A stretch of DNA of 64,000 nucleotides, taken from the NCBI GenBank assembly GCA_963789955.1, contig CAWBMV010000001.1, positions 736,001 to 800,000 of the forward strand, written 5' to 3'. The stretch is from an uncultured Candidatus Rokubacteria bacterium (GTDB taxonomy: Bacteria; Methylomirabilota; Methylomirabilia; Rokubacteriales; CSP1-6). Of this stretch, positions 10,474 through 21,986 are shown one piece after another. The position numbers were made by a program, and so were the translations under genes. Each line of letters starts with the position of its first letter. Position 1 is the first letter of the stretch. The notes below the pieces were generated by a model, which was not told the origin of the DNA, searched no databases, and saw nothing but the letters and a program-made list of their open reading frames with translations.

Positions 10474-12312
10474 ATGTGTGGAATCGTCGGATACGTCGGG
10501 GACAAGAGCGCGGTCGGCATCATCGTCGAGGGACTGAAGCGACTCGAGTATCGCGGCTACGACTCCGCGGGCATCGCGGTCCTCAACGACGGCACCCTGC
10601 ACGTGCGCCGCGCCGCCGGCCGGCTCAAGAATCTCGAAGGTGTCCTCGGTGAGCGGCCGCTGACGGGCTCGCTCGGCATCGGTCACACCCGCTGGGCGAC
10701 TCACGGCCGTCCGTCCGAAGAGAACGCCCATCCGCACACCGACTGTGACGGCTCGCTCGTCGTCGTCCACAACGGGATCATCGAGAACTATCTCGAGATC
10801 AAGGATCACCTCCTGTCCGACGGGCACCGGTTCAAGTCGGAAACCGATACCGAGGTCCTCGCCCATCTGATCGAGCACCACCTGCGCGGCACCCGTCGCC
10901 TCGACCAGGCGGTCAAAGCCGCGCTGAAAGAGGTCAGAGGATCGTACGCGCTCGGCGTCGTCTGCACCGCGGCACCGGATCGCCTGGTCGCCGCCAAGCA
11001 GGGCGCCGGCAGCGTCGTCGTCGGGCTGGGACAAGGCGAGATGTTCGTCGCCTCCGACATTCCCGCGATCCTGTCCCACACGCGCGACATCGTGGTGCTC
11101 GAGGACGACGAGGTGGCGGTCGTCACCGCTGATTCGGTCGAGCTCTCGACCGTCGACGGTGAGCCGATTCGCCGCGCGCCGGTGCGGATCTCGTGGGATC
11201 CGATCATGGCCGAGAAGGGCGGCTACCGGCACTTCATGCTCAAGGAGATGCACGAGCAGCCGCGCGCCATCACCGACACGTTCCGGGGGCGGATCGCGCC
11301 CGAGACCGGCAACGTGGTCCTGCCGGACGTGAGCCTGGCGCCGGACACCGTGCGCGGCATCGAGCGTGTGGTCCTCGTCGCGTGCGGCACGGCGTTCCAC
11401 GCGGCGATGCTCGGCCGCACGATGCTGGAGAAGCTCGCCGGCATCCCGTCGGAGATCGACCTCGGCAGCGAGTTCCGCTATCGCGATGCGCTGATCGGTC
11501 CCGAGACCCTGGTGGTCGCGATCTCCCAGTCGGGCGAGACCGCCGACACCCTGGGCGCCGTCAAGGCCGCCCGGCTCAAGGGCTGCCCGATCCTCGCGAT
11601 CACGAACGTCGTGGGCTCGGCCCTGGCGCGTGAGGCGACGGGCGTCCTCTACATGCACGCGGGCCCGGAGATCGGGGTCGCCTCCACCAAGGCGTTCGCC
11701 ACGATGATCGTCGCGACGTACCTCCTCGGCCTCTGGCTCGGCCGCCAGCGCGGCGCCATCACCGCCGAGGACGTGAAGAAGCGGATCCACGACCTCGTCG
11801 AGATTCCCCGCCTCGTCGAGAAGACGCTCGAGCTCGACGGTCAGATCGCGGCGATGGCCCGCGACCTCGTCGGGGCGCGCGACTTCCTCTATCTCGGCCG
11901 CGGCGTCCAGTTCCCGATCGCCCTGGAAGGCGCGCTCAAGCTGAAGGAGCTTTCGTACATCCACGCCGAAGGCTACGCCGGCGGCGAGATGAAGCACGGT
12001 CCCATCGCCCTCATCGCCGACAACTTGCCGGTGGTCGCCCTGGCGCCCCGCGACGGCTCCTACGAGCGCATGCTCGGCAACATCGAGGAAGTGCGCGCCC
12101 GCGACGGGCAGGTGATCGCGGTCGTGCACGCCGGCGACCGGGCCGTCGCCTCGAAGGCCCAGCACGTGATCGAGGTGCCCGCCTGCGCCGACCTGCTGGC
12201 GCCGCTGATCACGGTGATCCCGCTCCAGCTCCTCGCGTACCACATCGCGGTGCGCCTGGGCTGCGACGTGGATCAGCCGCGAAACCTCGCGAAGAGCGTC
12301 ACGGTCGAGTAG
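10474..12312 (+). CDS. glmS: Glutamine--fructose-6-phosphate transaminase
   Basis: MCGIVG, LEYRGYDSAG, GHTRWATHG, SQSGETADT, PRNLAKSVTVE. Confidence 0.98.
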   Translation: MCGIVGYVGDKSAVGIIVEGLKRLEYRGYDSAGIAVLNDGTLHVRRAAGRLKNLEGVLGERPLTGSLGIGHTRWATHGRPSEENAHPHTDCDGSLVVVHNGIIENYLEIKDHLLSDGHRFKSETDTEVLAHLIEHHLRGTRRLDQAVKAALKEVRGSYALGVVCTAAPDRLVAAKQGAGSVVVGLGQGEMFVASDIPAILSHTRDIVVLEDDEVAVVTADSVELSTVDGEPIRRAPVRISWDPIMAEKGGYRHFMLKEMHEQPRAITDTFRGRIAPETGNVVLPDVSLAPDTVRGIERVVLVACGTAFHAAMLGRTMLEKLAGIPSEIDLGSEFRYRDALIGPETLVVAISQSGETADTLGAVKAARLKGCPILAITNVVGSALAREATGVLYMHAGPEIGVASTKAFATMIVATYLLGLWLGRQRGAITAEDVKKRIHDLVEIPRLVEKTLELDGQIAAMARDLVGARDFLYLGRGVQFPIALEGALKLKELSYIHAEGYAGGEMKHGPIALIADNLPVVALAPRDGSYERMLGNIEEVRARDGQVIAVVHAGDRAVASKAQHVIEVPACADLLAPLITVIPLQLLAYHIAVRLGCDVDQPRNLAKSVTVE

Positions 12313-12324
12313 CCCAAGATCCCG

Positions 12325-12353
12325 GCCGGGCGGCGATCGCGTCGCCGCCCGGC
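12325..12353 (+). terminator. GC-rich hairpin after glmS
   Basis: gccgggcggcga-tcgcg-tcgccgcccggc, 12-bp perfect stem; weak U tract. Confidence 0.5.
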
Positions 12354-12395
12354 GTTCGTATTGGCGGGGCCCCGATCGCCCGGTACAATCGACCG

Positions 12396-14562
12396 GTGCC
12401 TGCCGAGCTCAAGCGCCTCCTCGACGATCTGAATCCCCCTCAGCGCGAAGCCGTCACCGCCGCCGACGGGCCGCTCCTCGTCCTCGCGGGGGCCGGCAGC
12501 GGCAAGACGCGGGTCATCGCCTACCGGATCGCCTGGCTCACCGGCGAGCTCGGCGTGTCGCCGCGGAACCTCCTGGCGGTCACGTTCACCAACAAGGCCG
12601 CGGGCGAGATGGCCCGCCGGGTCGAGTCGCTGCTGCTGCCGGTCGGGCTGAAGGCGCCGCTCATCGCGACGTTTCACTCGGCGTGCGTCCGGATCCTGCG
12701 CCAGCACGGCAAGCACATCGGGCTGCCGCCGCACTTCGTGATCTACGACGAGGACGACCGCGAGAGCCTGGTCAAGGAGTGCATGAAGGAGCTCGACCTG
12801 GCCGATCGCGCCACGACGCCGGGCACGGTCACCCAGCGCATCAGCTACTGGAAGAACCACATGATGGGCGTCGATTCGGCCACGCCACGCGGCGCGCGGG
12901 CCGTGGGAAGCGAAGATCGCGCACGTCTACGCGCAAGCTACGAGGAGCGCCTGCGCGCGGTCGGCGCCGTCGACTTCGACGACCTGCTCCTCAAGACCGT
13001 GCAGCTCTTCCAGGACGTGCCCGAGGCGCGTCGCCTGGTATCGCGGCCTCTGGCGCCACGTCCTCGTCGACGAGTACCAGGACACGAACCGCGCCCAGTA
13101 CCGGATCATCCGGCTCCTGACCGGCGAGCATCGGAACGTCTGCGTGGTGGGCGATCCCGATCAGTCGGTCTACCGCTGGCGCGGCGCCGACATCCGCAAC
13201 ATCCTCGATTTCGAAAAGGACTATCCGGGTACGCGCGTGGTGAAGCTCGAGCAGAACTATCGCTCGACCCAGCGGATCCTCTCGCTGGCCGCGGCCGTCA
13301 TCGACCACAACCGTCAGCGCAAGGAGAAGACGCTCTGGACCGAGAACGCCGAGGGCGATCCGCCGAAGGTCTATCGCGGCTGGGACGAGCACGAGGAGGC
13401 GAACTTCGTCGCCCAGGCGATTCTCGGCCTGCGCGGCGAGGGCGTGCCGTGGAGCGGTGTGGCCGTCTTCTACCGCACGAACGCGCAGTCCCGCGTGCTC
13501 GAGGACGCGATGCGCCGGGCGCGCATCCCGTACGGGATCGTCGGCGGCGTCCGGTTCTACGAGCGCAAGGAAATCAAGGACGCGCTGGCGTACGTGCGCC
13601 TCGCGGTCAATCCGAACGACGACGTGGCCTTTCGCCGCGCGACCCAGACGCCGGTCCGCGGCATCGGGCCGGCGACGCTCGCCCGCCTGGACGAGGCGCG
13701 GGCGGGCCGGGGCCTGCTCGCCGTCGCCGCCGAGCCGCCGGCCGCGATCACCGGCAAGGCGCGCCGGTCGCTCGAGGAGTTCGCGTCGCTGATCCGCGGC
13801 CTGGCCGAGGCGCGAGCCACGATGACGTCGCCGGCCTTCATCGATCACCTGCTGACCGTCACGGGGTATCGTGACGCGCTGCGGGTGGAGCGCTCGCCCG
13901 AGGCCGAGGCGCGTCTCGAGAACCTCGAGGAGCTGATCGCCGCCGCCGAGGACTATACGCACGCGGATCCGAGCCCGACGCTCGAGGGATTCCTCGACGG
14001 CGTCGCGCTCGTGGCCGACATCGACGAGCTGAAGGACGAGGGCGCGCGCGTCACGATGATGACGCTCCACTCGGCCAAGGGGCTCGAGTTTCCGGCGGTG
14101 TTCCTGACGGGCATGGAGGAGGGCGTGTTTCCGCACGCCCGGTCGATGAACGACGAGGACGAGATCGAGGAGGAGCGCCGTCTCTGCTACGTGGGCGTGA
14201 CGCGCGCCCGCGAGCGGCTCTATCTGTCGTACGCGCTCCATCGCCGGATCCACGGCTACGGCGTCGGCGAGCCCTCGAGGTTTCTCCGCGAGATGCCGGA
14301 GAACCAGCTCGTCTCGCTGAACGCGCGGCGTGAGCCGCCGCCCGGCTTCGCCGAGGACGCGGCGGCCTACGCCGCGGCCGCCGAGACGGTCGGCGAGGAC
14401 CTGCCGTTCCGCGTCGGAGCCCGCGTGCGTCACGCGCGCTTCGGCGAGGGCCTGGTGGTGGGCATCGAGCGAGACGGGTCCGACTACGTCGTGACGGTCG
14501 GGTTCGCGAGCGTGGGTCGCAAGCGGCTTTCGGTCCAGTACGCGCATCTCGAGGAGCTGTGA
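12396..14562 (+). CDS. pcrA: ATP-dependent DNA helicase PcrA/UvrD (frameshifts ~12890-13040)
   Basis: LAGAGSGKT, TFTNKAA, VDEYQDTN, VGDPDQSVY, TLHSAKGLEF, EERRLCYVGVTRA, C-terminal Tudor-like domain. Confidence 0.93.
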
Positions 14563-14566
14563 GGCC

Positions 14567-14854
14567 ATGATCGACCGCAAGGACGTCGAGCACGTCGCGC
14601 GCCTGACACGCCTGGCCCTGACCGACGCGGAGCTCGAGCGGATGCGTGAGCAGCTGAACTCCATTCTCGCCCATCTCGACACGTTGCGCGCGGTCCCCAC
14701 CGAGGGCGTCGAGCCGACGTCGCACGCGGTGGACGTGGTCAACGTGATGCGCGAGGACGACGTGACGCCGTGCCTGCCCCAGTCCGCCGCGCTCGCGAAC
14801 GCGCCGGATCCCAGCGGCGAGTTCTTTCGCGTGCCGCGGATCATCGAGGAGTGA
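14567..14854 (+). CDS. gatC: Asp/Glu-tRNA amidotransferase subunit C
   Basis: [28 protein letters not shown]. Confidence 0.95.
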   Translation: MIDRKDVEHVARLTRLALTDAELERMREQLNSILAHLDTLRAVPTEGVEPTSHAVDVVNVMREDDVTPCLPQSAALANAPDPSGEFFRVPRIIEE

Positions 14855-16302
14855 TGCACCGGCCCATCCACGAGCTGACCGATGCCTTCCGGCGGGGCGA
14901 CCTCACGCCGAGCGCGGTCGCGGAGGCCTATCTCGCGCGGATCGGCGCGCTCGACGGCAAGGTCGGCGCCTATCTCACCGTGGTGCGGGATCAGGCGCTG
15001 GCCGCCGCGCGCGAGTCCGACCAGCGCTGGCGTGCCGGCTCGCCGCGCGGGCCGCTCGACGGGGCGCCGGTGGCCCTCAAGGACGTGATGTGCACGACCG
15101 GTGTCCGGACGACCTGCGGATCGAAGATGCTCGAGCACTTCGTGCCCCCGTACGACGCGACGACCGTCGAGCGACTGCGGGCGGCCGGCGTCGTGATCCT
15201 GGGCAAGACCAACATGGACGAGTTCGCGATGGGCTCGTCCACCGAGCACTCGGCCTTTCACCCGACGCGCAATCCGTGGGACCTGACGCGCGTGCCCGGC
15301 GGCTCGTCCGGCGGCTCGGCCGCGGCGGTGGCCGGCGGGCTCGCGGCCGGCGCCTATGGCAGCGACACCGGCGGCTCGATCCGGCAGCCGGCCGCGTTCT
15401 GCGGCGTCGTCGGCATGAAGCCGACCTACGGCCGCGTGTCGCGCTACGGTCTGGTCGCGCTGGCGTCCTCGCTCGACCAGATCGGCCCCTTCGCCCAGGA
15501 CGTCACCGACGCGGCGCTCCTGCTCGGCGCGGTCGCCGGCCACGACCCGCGCGACGCCACGTCGATCCAGGCGCCGGTGCCCGACTACGCCGCGGAGCTC
15601 TCGAAGGGCGTCGACGGTCTCACGCTCGGGCTGCCCGACGAATACTTCATCGACGGGATGGATCCCGAAGTCGAGCGCGCCGTCAGGGCGGCGATCGACG
15701 TGCTGAAGGGCCTCGGCGCGCGGATCGAGCGCGTCTCCTTGCCGACCACCCGGCACTCGCTGGCGGCGTACTACGTGATCCTTCCCGCCGAGGCGTCGTC
15801 GAACCTGGCGCGATACGACGGCGTTCGGTACGGGCTGCGCGTCGCCGGCCGCGATTTCATCGAGATGCAGAGCAAGACGCGCGCCGCGGGCTTCGGCGCC
15901 GAGGTCAAGCGCCGGATCATGCTCGGCACCTACGCGCTGTCGGCCGGCTACTACGACGCCTACTACGGCAAGGCGCAGAGCGTCCGGACGCTCGTGCGGC
16001 GCGAGTTCGCGGCGGCCTTCGCGAAGGTCGACCTGATCGTCGCGCCGACGACGCCGAACGTCGCGTTCAAGCACGGCGAGAAGGAAGATCCGCTGTCGAT
16101 GTACCTCAACGACGTGTTCACGATTCCGGGCAACCTGTCGGGCATTCCCGGCGTCTCGGTGCCGTGCGGCTTCAGCGCGGCGGGGCTGCCGATCGGTCTG
16201 CAGGTGCTCGGCCGTCCGCTCGACGAGGCCCGCGTGCTGCGCGCGGCCTACGCCTACGAGCAGGCGACCACGTGGCGGTCGCGCCGTCCGGAGCTGCCGT
16301 GA
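14854..16302 (+). CDS. gatA: Asp/Glu-tRNA amidotransferase subunit A
   Basis: [46 protein letters not shown]. Confidence 0.97.
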   Translation: MHRPIHELTDAFRRGDLTPSAVAEAYLARIGALDGKVGAYLTVVRDQALAAARESDQRWRAGSPRGPLDGAPVALKDVMCTTGVRTTCGSKMLEHFVPPYDATTVERLRAAGVVILGKTNMDEFAMGSSTEHSAFHPTRNPWDLTRVPGGSSGGSAAAVAGGLAAGAYGSDTGGSIRQPAAFCGVVGMKPTYGRVSRYGLVALASSLDQIGPFAQDVTDAALLLGAVAGHDPRDATSIQAPVPDYAAELSKGVDGLTLGLPDEYFIDGMDPEVERAVRAAIDVLKGLGARIERVSLPTTRHSLAAYYVILPAEASSNLARYDGVRYGLRVAGRDFIEMQSKTRAAGFGAEVKRRIMLGTYALSAGYYDAYYGKAQSVRTLVRREFAAAFAKVDLIVAPTTPNVAFKHGEKEDPLSMYLNDVFTIPGNLSGIPGVSVPCGFSAAGLPIGLQVLGRPLDEARVLRAAYAYEQATTWRSRRPELP

Positions 16303-17785
16303 CCGACGCGGCGACCCGATACGAGACCGTCATCGGCCTCGAGGTCCACGCCCAGCTCTCGACGCGCTCGAAGATGTTCTGCGGCTGTCCGACGACGTTC
16401 GGCGCGCGGCCCAACACCCAGACGTGCCCGGTCTGTCTCGGCATGCCCGGCGTCGCTGCCGGTCGTGAACCGCCGCGCCGTCGAGCTCGCCATCCGCACG
16501 GCGCTCGCGTTCAGCTGCCGCGTCAACGAGGCGTGCCGCTTCGCGCGCAAGCACTACTACTACCCCGACATGCCGAAGAACTACCAGATCAGCCAGTACG
16601 AGGAGCCGCTGGCCGAGGACGGATTCCTCGAGATCGACGTCGAGGGCGGCGCGCGCACGATCGGGATCCAGCGGCTGCACCTCGAGGAGGACGTCGGCAA
16701 GCTCCTCCACGAGGGCACGCTCGAGACCGCCCAGGCGAGCCTGGTCGACTTCAACCGCTCCGGCGTGGCGCTCATGGAGACGGTGTCGCGGCCCGAGCTC
16801 TCCTCACCCGAGGAGGCCGCGGCATACCTGAGAGCCTTCCGCGCCGTGCTGATCTTCCTGGGCGTTTGCGACGGCAACATGGAGGAGGGCTCGCTCCGTT
16901 GCGACGCCAACGTCTCGCTCCGGCCGCGCGGCAGCGCCACGCTCGGGACGAAGGTCGAGATCAAGAACCTGAACTCGTTCCGGAACGTTCAGCGCGCGCT
17001 CGAGTTCGAGGTGCGGCGCCAGGCGCAGGCGCTCGACGCGGGTGAGCGCATCGTGCAGGAGACGCGCCTCTGGGAGGCCGACCGCGGCTACACGCGCTCG
17101 ATGCGTTCGAAGGAGTTCGCGCACGACTATCGGTATTTCCCGGAGCCCGATCTGGTGCCGCTCCAGGTCGACCGCCGCTGGGTCGAGGAGATCCGCGCGG
17201 GGCTTCCCGAGCTGCCGCGGGCCTGGCGTCAGCGGGCCGTCGCCCAGTACGGGCTGCCGGCCTACGATGCCGAAGTCCTGACTCAGTCGCGGGCGCTCGT
17301 GGACTACTACGAAGCCGCGCTGCGCGAGTGGGCCCCGGCGTCCGGAGCCGGCGCCGACCGGCCAAAGGTTCTCTCCAACTGGATCATGTCGGAGCTCCTC
17401 CGCGTCCTGCCCGGCGACGACGAGCGGGCGATCCAGAGCTCGCCGATCCCGCCCCGCCATCTGGTGGGTCTCCTCGCGGCTGATCGAGAACTCGACGATC
17501 AGCGGCAAGATCGCCAAGGACGTGTTCCAGAAGATGTTCGACTCGGGCCAGGACGCCGGCACGATCGTCGAGCGCGACGGCCTGACCCAGGTTGCCGACG
17601 AGGGCGCGCTGGGCCAGGTGATCGAGTCGGTGATGGCCGCCAACCCGAAGGCGATCGAGGACTACCGCCGGGGCAAGAAGGAGGCAAAGGGGGCGCTCGT
17701 CGGGCAGGTCATGAAGGCCACGCGGGGCAAGGCCAACCCGGCGATCGTGAACCGGCTCCTGGAGGACAAGCTCTCGCAAAGCTGA
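16299..17785 (+). CDS. gatB: Asp/Glu-tRNA amidotransferase subunit B (frameshifts ~16452 and ~17478)
   Basis: [58 protein letters not shown]. Confidence 0.95.
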
Positions 17786-17814
17786 AGCCCGCGGCTATAA
17801 TCGAACCGCCCGCC

Positions 17815-18486
17815 ATGATTGAGGTTCACCGGGTTTCGAAGGTGTACTCGGTCGGGCCCGTGAAGGTCCCTGCGCTGCGCGAAGTGTCGTTCCGGATCGC
17901 CAAGGGTGAGTTCGTCGTGCTGACGGGGGCGAGCGGCGCCGGCAAGACGACCTTGCTCCGGCTCCTGTACCGCGACGACTTGCCCTCCGAGGGCGACATC
18001 GAGGTCCTCGGCTACGACCTGGTCCCGATGCGGCGCTCGCAGGTGGCGGCGCTCCGCCGATCGATCGGTGTCGTCTTCCAGGACGCCAAGCTCCTGCCGG
18101 TGCGCACCGTCTACGAGAACGTCGCCTTCGTTCTGCGGGTGCTCGGCACCCCGCGGCGCGAGATCACCGAGCGCGTCTTCGACGCGCTCCGCGTCGTGGG
18201 AATGTCCTCGCGCGCCCAGGCCTATCCCGCGCAGCTCTCCCAGGGGGAAGCGCAGCGAGCCGCGCTGGCGCGGGCCATCGTGAGGCGCCCGCCGCTGCTC
18301 CTCGCCGACGAGCCGACCGGCAACCTCGACGAGTCGATGGCCGCCGAGATCATCGAGGCGCTCAAGGACATCGGGTCGGGTGGCACGACGATCGTGCTGG
18401 CCACCCACCAGGCCCGGCTGGCCGCGGCGCTCAAGCGCCGCACCCTGACGCTCGACGGCGGCCATGTCGTGAAGGACCAGGGCTGA
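17815..18486 (+). CDS. ftsE: Cell division ABC ATPase
   Basis: GASGAGKTT, IGVVFQD.KLL, LLADEPTGNLD; followed by ftsX. Confidence 0.9.
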   Translation: MIEVHRVSKVYSVGPVKVPALREVSFRIAKGEFVVLTGASGAGKTTLLRLLYRDDLPSEGDIEVLGYDLVPMRRSQVAALRRSIGVVFQDAKLLPVRTVYENVAFVLRVLGTPRREITERVFDALRVVGMSSRAQAYPAQLSQGEAQRAALARAIVRRPPLLLADEPTGNLDESMAAEIIEALKDIGSGGTTIVLATHQARLAAALKRRTLTLDGGHVVKDQG

Positions 18487-18490
18487 GCGC

Positions 18491-19375
18491 GTGGTTGGAT
18501 TCCTGGTCGGCGAGGCGCTCCGCGACCTGAGAAGAGCCGGACGCGTCGCCGTCAGCGCGATCGTGCTGATCACGCTCTCGCTCGCCGCGCTCGGCGGCTT
18601 CTGGCTCGTGTCGTCCAACCTCGACCGGGCCGTCGCCCAGTGGCGCGACCGGGTGCGCATCGTCGTCTATCTCAAGCGCGAGCCATCGTCCGCCGACGTC
18701 GCCGCGTTGCTCGAGCGCGTCCGGTCCGCGCCCGGCGTGGCCGGCGTGACGTTCATCGGCAAGGCCGAAGCCTTGCGCGACCTCAAGCAGGTGCTCGGCA
18801 AGGACGCGAGCGTCGTCGACCAGCTGCCGGCGAATCCGCTGCCCGCGTCGCTCGAGGTGACGCCGTCGGCCGCGGCCGCGACGCCGGAGGGCGCTCGCGA
18901 GCTCGTCGCGCGTCTGGCGGCGTTGCCGGAAGCCGACGAGGTCGCCGGAAGTGTCGACTGGGTCGAGCAGCTTTCGCACTGGCAGCGGCTGCTGACGACG
19001 ATCGGCCTCGGGGTCGGCGCCGTGCTCGGGATCGCCGCGATCCTGACGGTGACAACGGCGACCACCCTGGTGCTGCACGCGCGGCGCCACGAAACCGAGA
19101 TCATGCGGCTCGTGGGCGCATCCGAGGCGACGATCCGGCTGCCCCTGCTGCTCCAGGGCATGATGCAGGGTCTCGCCGGCGCGGTGCTGGCGCTGGCCAC
19201 GCTCGTCCTCACGTATTCGCTCGTCGGGCCGCGTCTCGAGCCGCTCGTCAATCTCACCCTCGGGCTCTCGCAGCTGGCGTTCTTCACGCCGCTCGGCGTG
19301 ATGGCGCTGCTCGGAGCCGGAACATTGCTCGGCGGGCTCGGCGGCTGGCTCGCGCGCGCCGGTCGCGAGCCATGA
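18491..19375 (+). CDS. ftsX: Cell division permease
   Basis: TM + periplasmic domain, NPLPASLEV, EIMRLVGAS. Confidence 0.9.
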   Translation: MVGFLVGEALRDLRRAGRVAVSAIVLITLSLAALGGFWLVSSNLDRAVAQWRDRVRIVVYLKREPSSADVAALLERVRSAPGVAGVTFIGKAEALRDLKQVLGKDASVVDQLPANPLPASLEVTPSAAAATPEGARELVARLAALPEADEVAGSVDWVEQLSHWQRLLTTIGLGVGAVLGIAAILTVTTATTLVLHARRHETEIMRLVGASEATIRLPLLLQGMMQGLAGAVLALATLVLTYSLVGPRLEPLVNLTLGLSQLAFFTPLGVMALLGAGTLLGGLGGWLARAGREP

Positions 19376-20567
19376 GCGCGCGCGGCGCTCGCGGTGGCGC
19401 TCGCGGTGCTGGCGGTCGCGCCGGCGGCGGCGCAGACGCGACGGGACGAGCCGCTCCAGGCCGAGCAGCGGAAGCTCCAGCAGACGCAGAAGCAGCTCAA
19501 GGAGGAGCGCGAGCGCGCGGCGGCGGCGCGCGCGCGCGAGACGTCCTTGCTGGCCGAGCTCGAGGAGATCGAGCGGCGGCTCGCCGCCAAAAAAGGGGAC
19601 GTCGCGCGTCTGGACGCGCGGATCAAGAAGGCGCAAACCGACGTGCAGATGTTCCGTGGCGAGATCTCGAAGCTCGAAAAGCAGCGGGCCGGCCAGACCA
19701 ACGCGCTCGCGGGGCGGCTGCGCGTGATGTATCGCGTGCACGCCCAGGGCGGCGCGCTCCCGGTGATTCTCAGCGGCGAGGATCCGGCGGCGCGCGCCGT
19801 CGCCGTCCGTCATCTCGCGAGCCTGGCGGCCCTGGACGCCCGCTTGATTCAAGAGTATCGTGTTACATCTGACAGGCTGGCGGATCGGAAAGTCAGGGAG
19901 GAAGCGCAGCAGCAGGAGCTGTCAGGCCTCCACGAAGACGCCAAGCGCGAGCAGGCGGAGGTCGATCGCGAGGTCGCGAAGCGGCGAGTGATCCTCGCGA
20001 AGGTGCGCGACGAGCGCGCGTACCACGAGCGCATGGTGGGCGAATTGACGGAAGCGTCCCACCGCCTCGAGGCGTTCATCCGCGAGCTCCAGGCCAAGCA
20101 ACGGAAGCTGGCGAAGATTCCCGCCACCGAAGGGTGGGATCGAGGCTCCCGCGGTCGGTTTCGGAACGCTCAAGGGGCGTTTGCCGTGGCCGACCGAAGG
20201 ACGGATCGTCACCGGGTACGGCGCGCAGGTGCATCCGCGGTTCGGCACCCGGACATTCCGGAATGGAGTCGATATCGAGGCGGCGGTCGGCCGGGAAGTC
20301 CTGGCGGTCCACGCCGGCCATGTCATCTATACGGGTTGGTTCAAGGGATACGGTAACCTGATTATTGTGGACCACGGCAACGAGTACTACACGCTCTACG
20401 CCCACATCGCCGACATCGAGGCGAAGGAAGGCGATGACGTGCGTCAGGGACAGCGGATCGGCACGGTGGGCGATACGGGATCTCTCGCCGGCCCCCGGCT
20501 CTATTTCGAGGTGCGCCACCAGGGCAGGCCACAAGACCCGGAGCAGTGGCTCCGCCAGGGTGGCTAG
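19372..20567 (+). CDS. envC: EnvC-like coiled-coil + M23 murein hydrolase activator (frameshifts ~19385, ~20125)
   Basis: Long coiled coil then LPWP, NGVDI, GYGNLIIVDHG, LYFEVR; follows ftsEX. Confidence 0.85.
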
Positions 20568-20591
20568 TCCAGTGGGGATGAGAGGACATCC

Positions 20592-21857
20592 ATGAAGAAG
20601 GCCTTCGTGATCAGCTCGCTTCTGGTGGTGCTCACGCTATCGCTCGGCGGATCCGTGGCCAGCAAAGGCGCGGACAGCAGCGCGACGTACGAGCAGCTGA
20701 GGCTCTTCACCGAGGTCCTCTCCATTGTCCAGAACCAGTACGTCGAAGAAGTCCCGCCGAAGGACCTCGTCTACAACGCGATCAAGGGAACTCTGCGAGG
20801 CCTGTCCGCGCCTCCGTACAACGACCCGCACAGCTCGTTCCTCGACCCGGACAGCTACAAGGAGATGCAGGTCGAGACCAGCGGAAGCTTCGGCGGGCTC
20901 GGCATCGAGATCACGTTGCGCGACGACGTGCTCACGGTCGTGTCGCCGATCGAGGGCACGCCCGCGTATCGGGCCGGATTGCAGACCGGCGACCGCATCG
21001 TCAAGATCGACGGCCTCGTCACGAAGGACATGCAGCTGCCCGATGCGGTCAAGCGCATGCGCGGCAAGCCCGGCACGAAGGTGACGATCACGATCGTGCG
21101 CGAGGGCTGGACCGAGCCGAAGGACTTCGACATCACGCGCGAGCAGATCCGCGTGCAGTCGGTGCGCTCGGCCGATCTCGGCGGAGGCGTCGCCTACATC
21201 AAGCTTCGCCAGTTCCAGGAGCAGTCGCCCGGCGACACCGCGGCGGCGCTCGACAAGGCCGCGAAGGCGGGCATGAAGGCGCTCATCTTCGACCTGCGCA
21301 ACAATCCGGGCGGTCTGCTGACGGCCGCGGTCGAGATCACCGAGGAGTTCATCGAGGACGGTAAGCTCGTCGTCTACACCGAGGGCCGCGTCCGGAACCA
21401 GAACATGCGCTTCTCGGCCCATGCCAAGAAGTCGTATCCGACGTTGCCGATGGTGGTCCTGGTCAACCAGGGCTCCGCGTCGGCGTCCGAGATCGTCGCG
21501 GGCGCGCTCCAGGACTGGGGCCGCGCGATCGTGGTCGGCACCCAGACCTTCGGCAAGGGGTCGGTGCAGACGATCATCCCGCTGTCCGACGGCTCCGGGC
21601 TCCGCCTGACGACCGCGAAGTACTTCACGCCGAAGGGCCGCTCGATCCACGGCAAGGGCATCACGCCGGACATCGTGGTCGAGATTCCGAAGGACACGAC
21701 GGCCGCGAAGGACAAGCAACAGCCGTCGCTCGACCCGATGGAGGAGCTCAAGAAGGACATCCAGGTGCAGCGGGCGCTCGACGTGATCAAGACGATGCGG
21801 ATCATCGAGCAGCAGCGCCCGGGACAGAACCCACAGGCTCAGGTTCGGCCGCAGTAG
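20592..21857 (+). CDS. ctpA: Carboxyl-terminal processing protease (S41)
   Basis: PDZ GLGI, DLRNNPGG, SASASEIVAGALQD, TFGKGSVQ. Confidence 0.93.
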   Translation: MKKAFVISSLLVVLTLSLGGSVASKGADSSATYEQLRLFTEVLSIVQNQYVEEVPPKDLVYNAIKGTLRGLSAPPYNDPHSSFLDPDSYKEMQVETSGSFGGLGIEITLRDDVLTVVSPIEGTPAYRAGLQTGDRIVKIDGLVTKDMQLPDAVKRMRGKPGTKVTITIVREGWTEPKDFDITREQIRVQSVRSADLGGGVAYIKLRQFQEQSPGDTAAALDKAAKAGMKALIFDLRNNPGGLLTAAVEITEEFIEDGKLVVYTEGRVRNQNMRFSAHAKKSYPTLPMVVLVNQGSASASEIVAGALQDWGRAIVVGTQTFGKGSVQTIIPLSDGSGLRLTTAKYFTPKGRSIHGKGITPDIVVEIPKDTTAAKDKQQPSLDPMEELKKDIQVQRALDVIKTMRIIEQQRPGQNPQAQVRPQ

Positions 21858-21986
21858 CCGCGACTCACGCGCGCATCAAGGGCGATGCGAGGCCGGGTGC
21901 CCGTGACTCGGCCGCATCGCCTTTACTATCTGCGCAGCCGTCGCGTGGCTCGCGCGACGAGCGTTTGAGGACAAAGGGAACGACGG

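Noticed and set aside
10440..10474. glmS ribozyme
   Set aside because: Only 8 nt separate glmU and glmS
4930..17480. Programmed frameshifting or pseudogenisation of ileS/pcrA/gatB
   Set aside because: No slippery motifs; indels are distributed across the whole window
16465..18486. GatB-FtsE fusion in the ORF track
   Set aside because: Artefact of the ~17478 frameshift; ftsE has its own TATAAT and ATG
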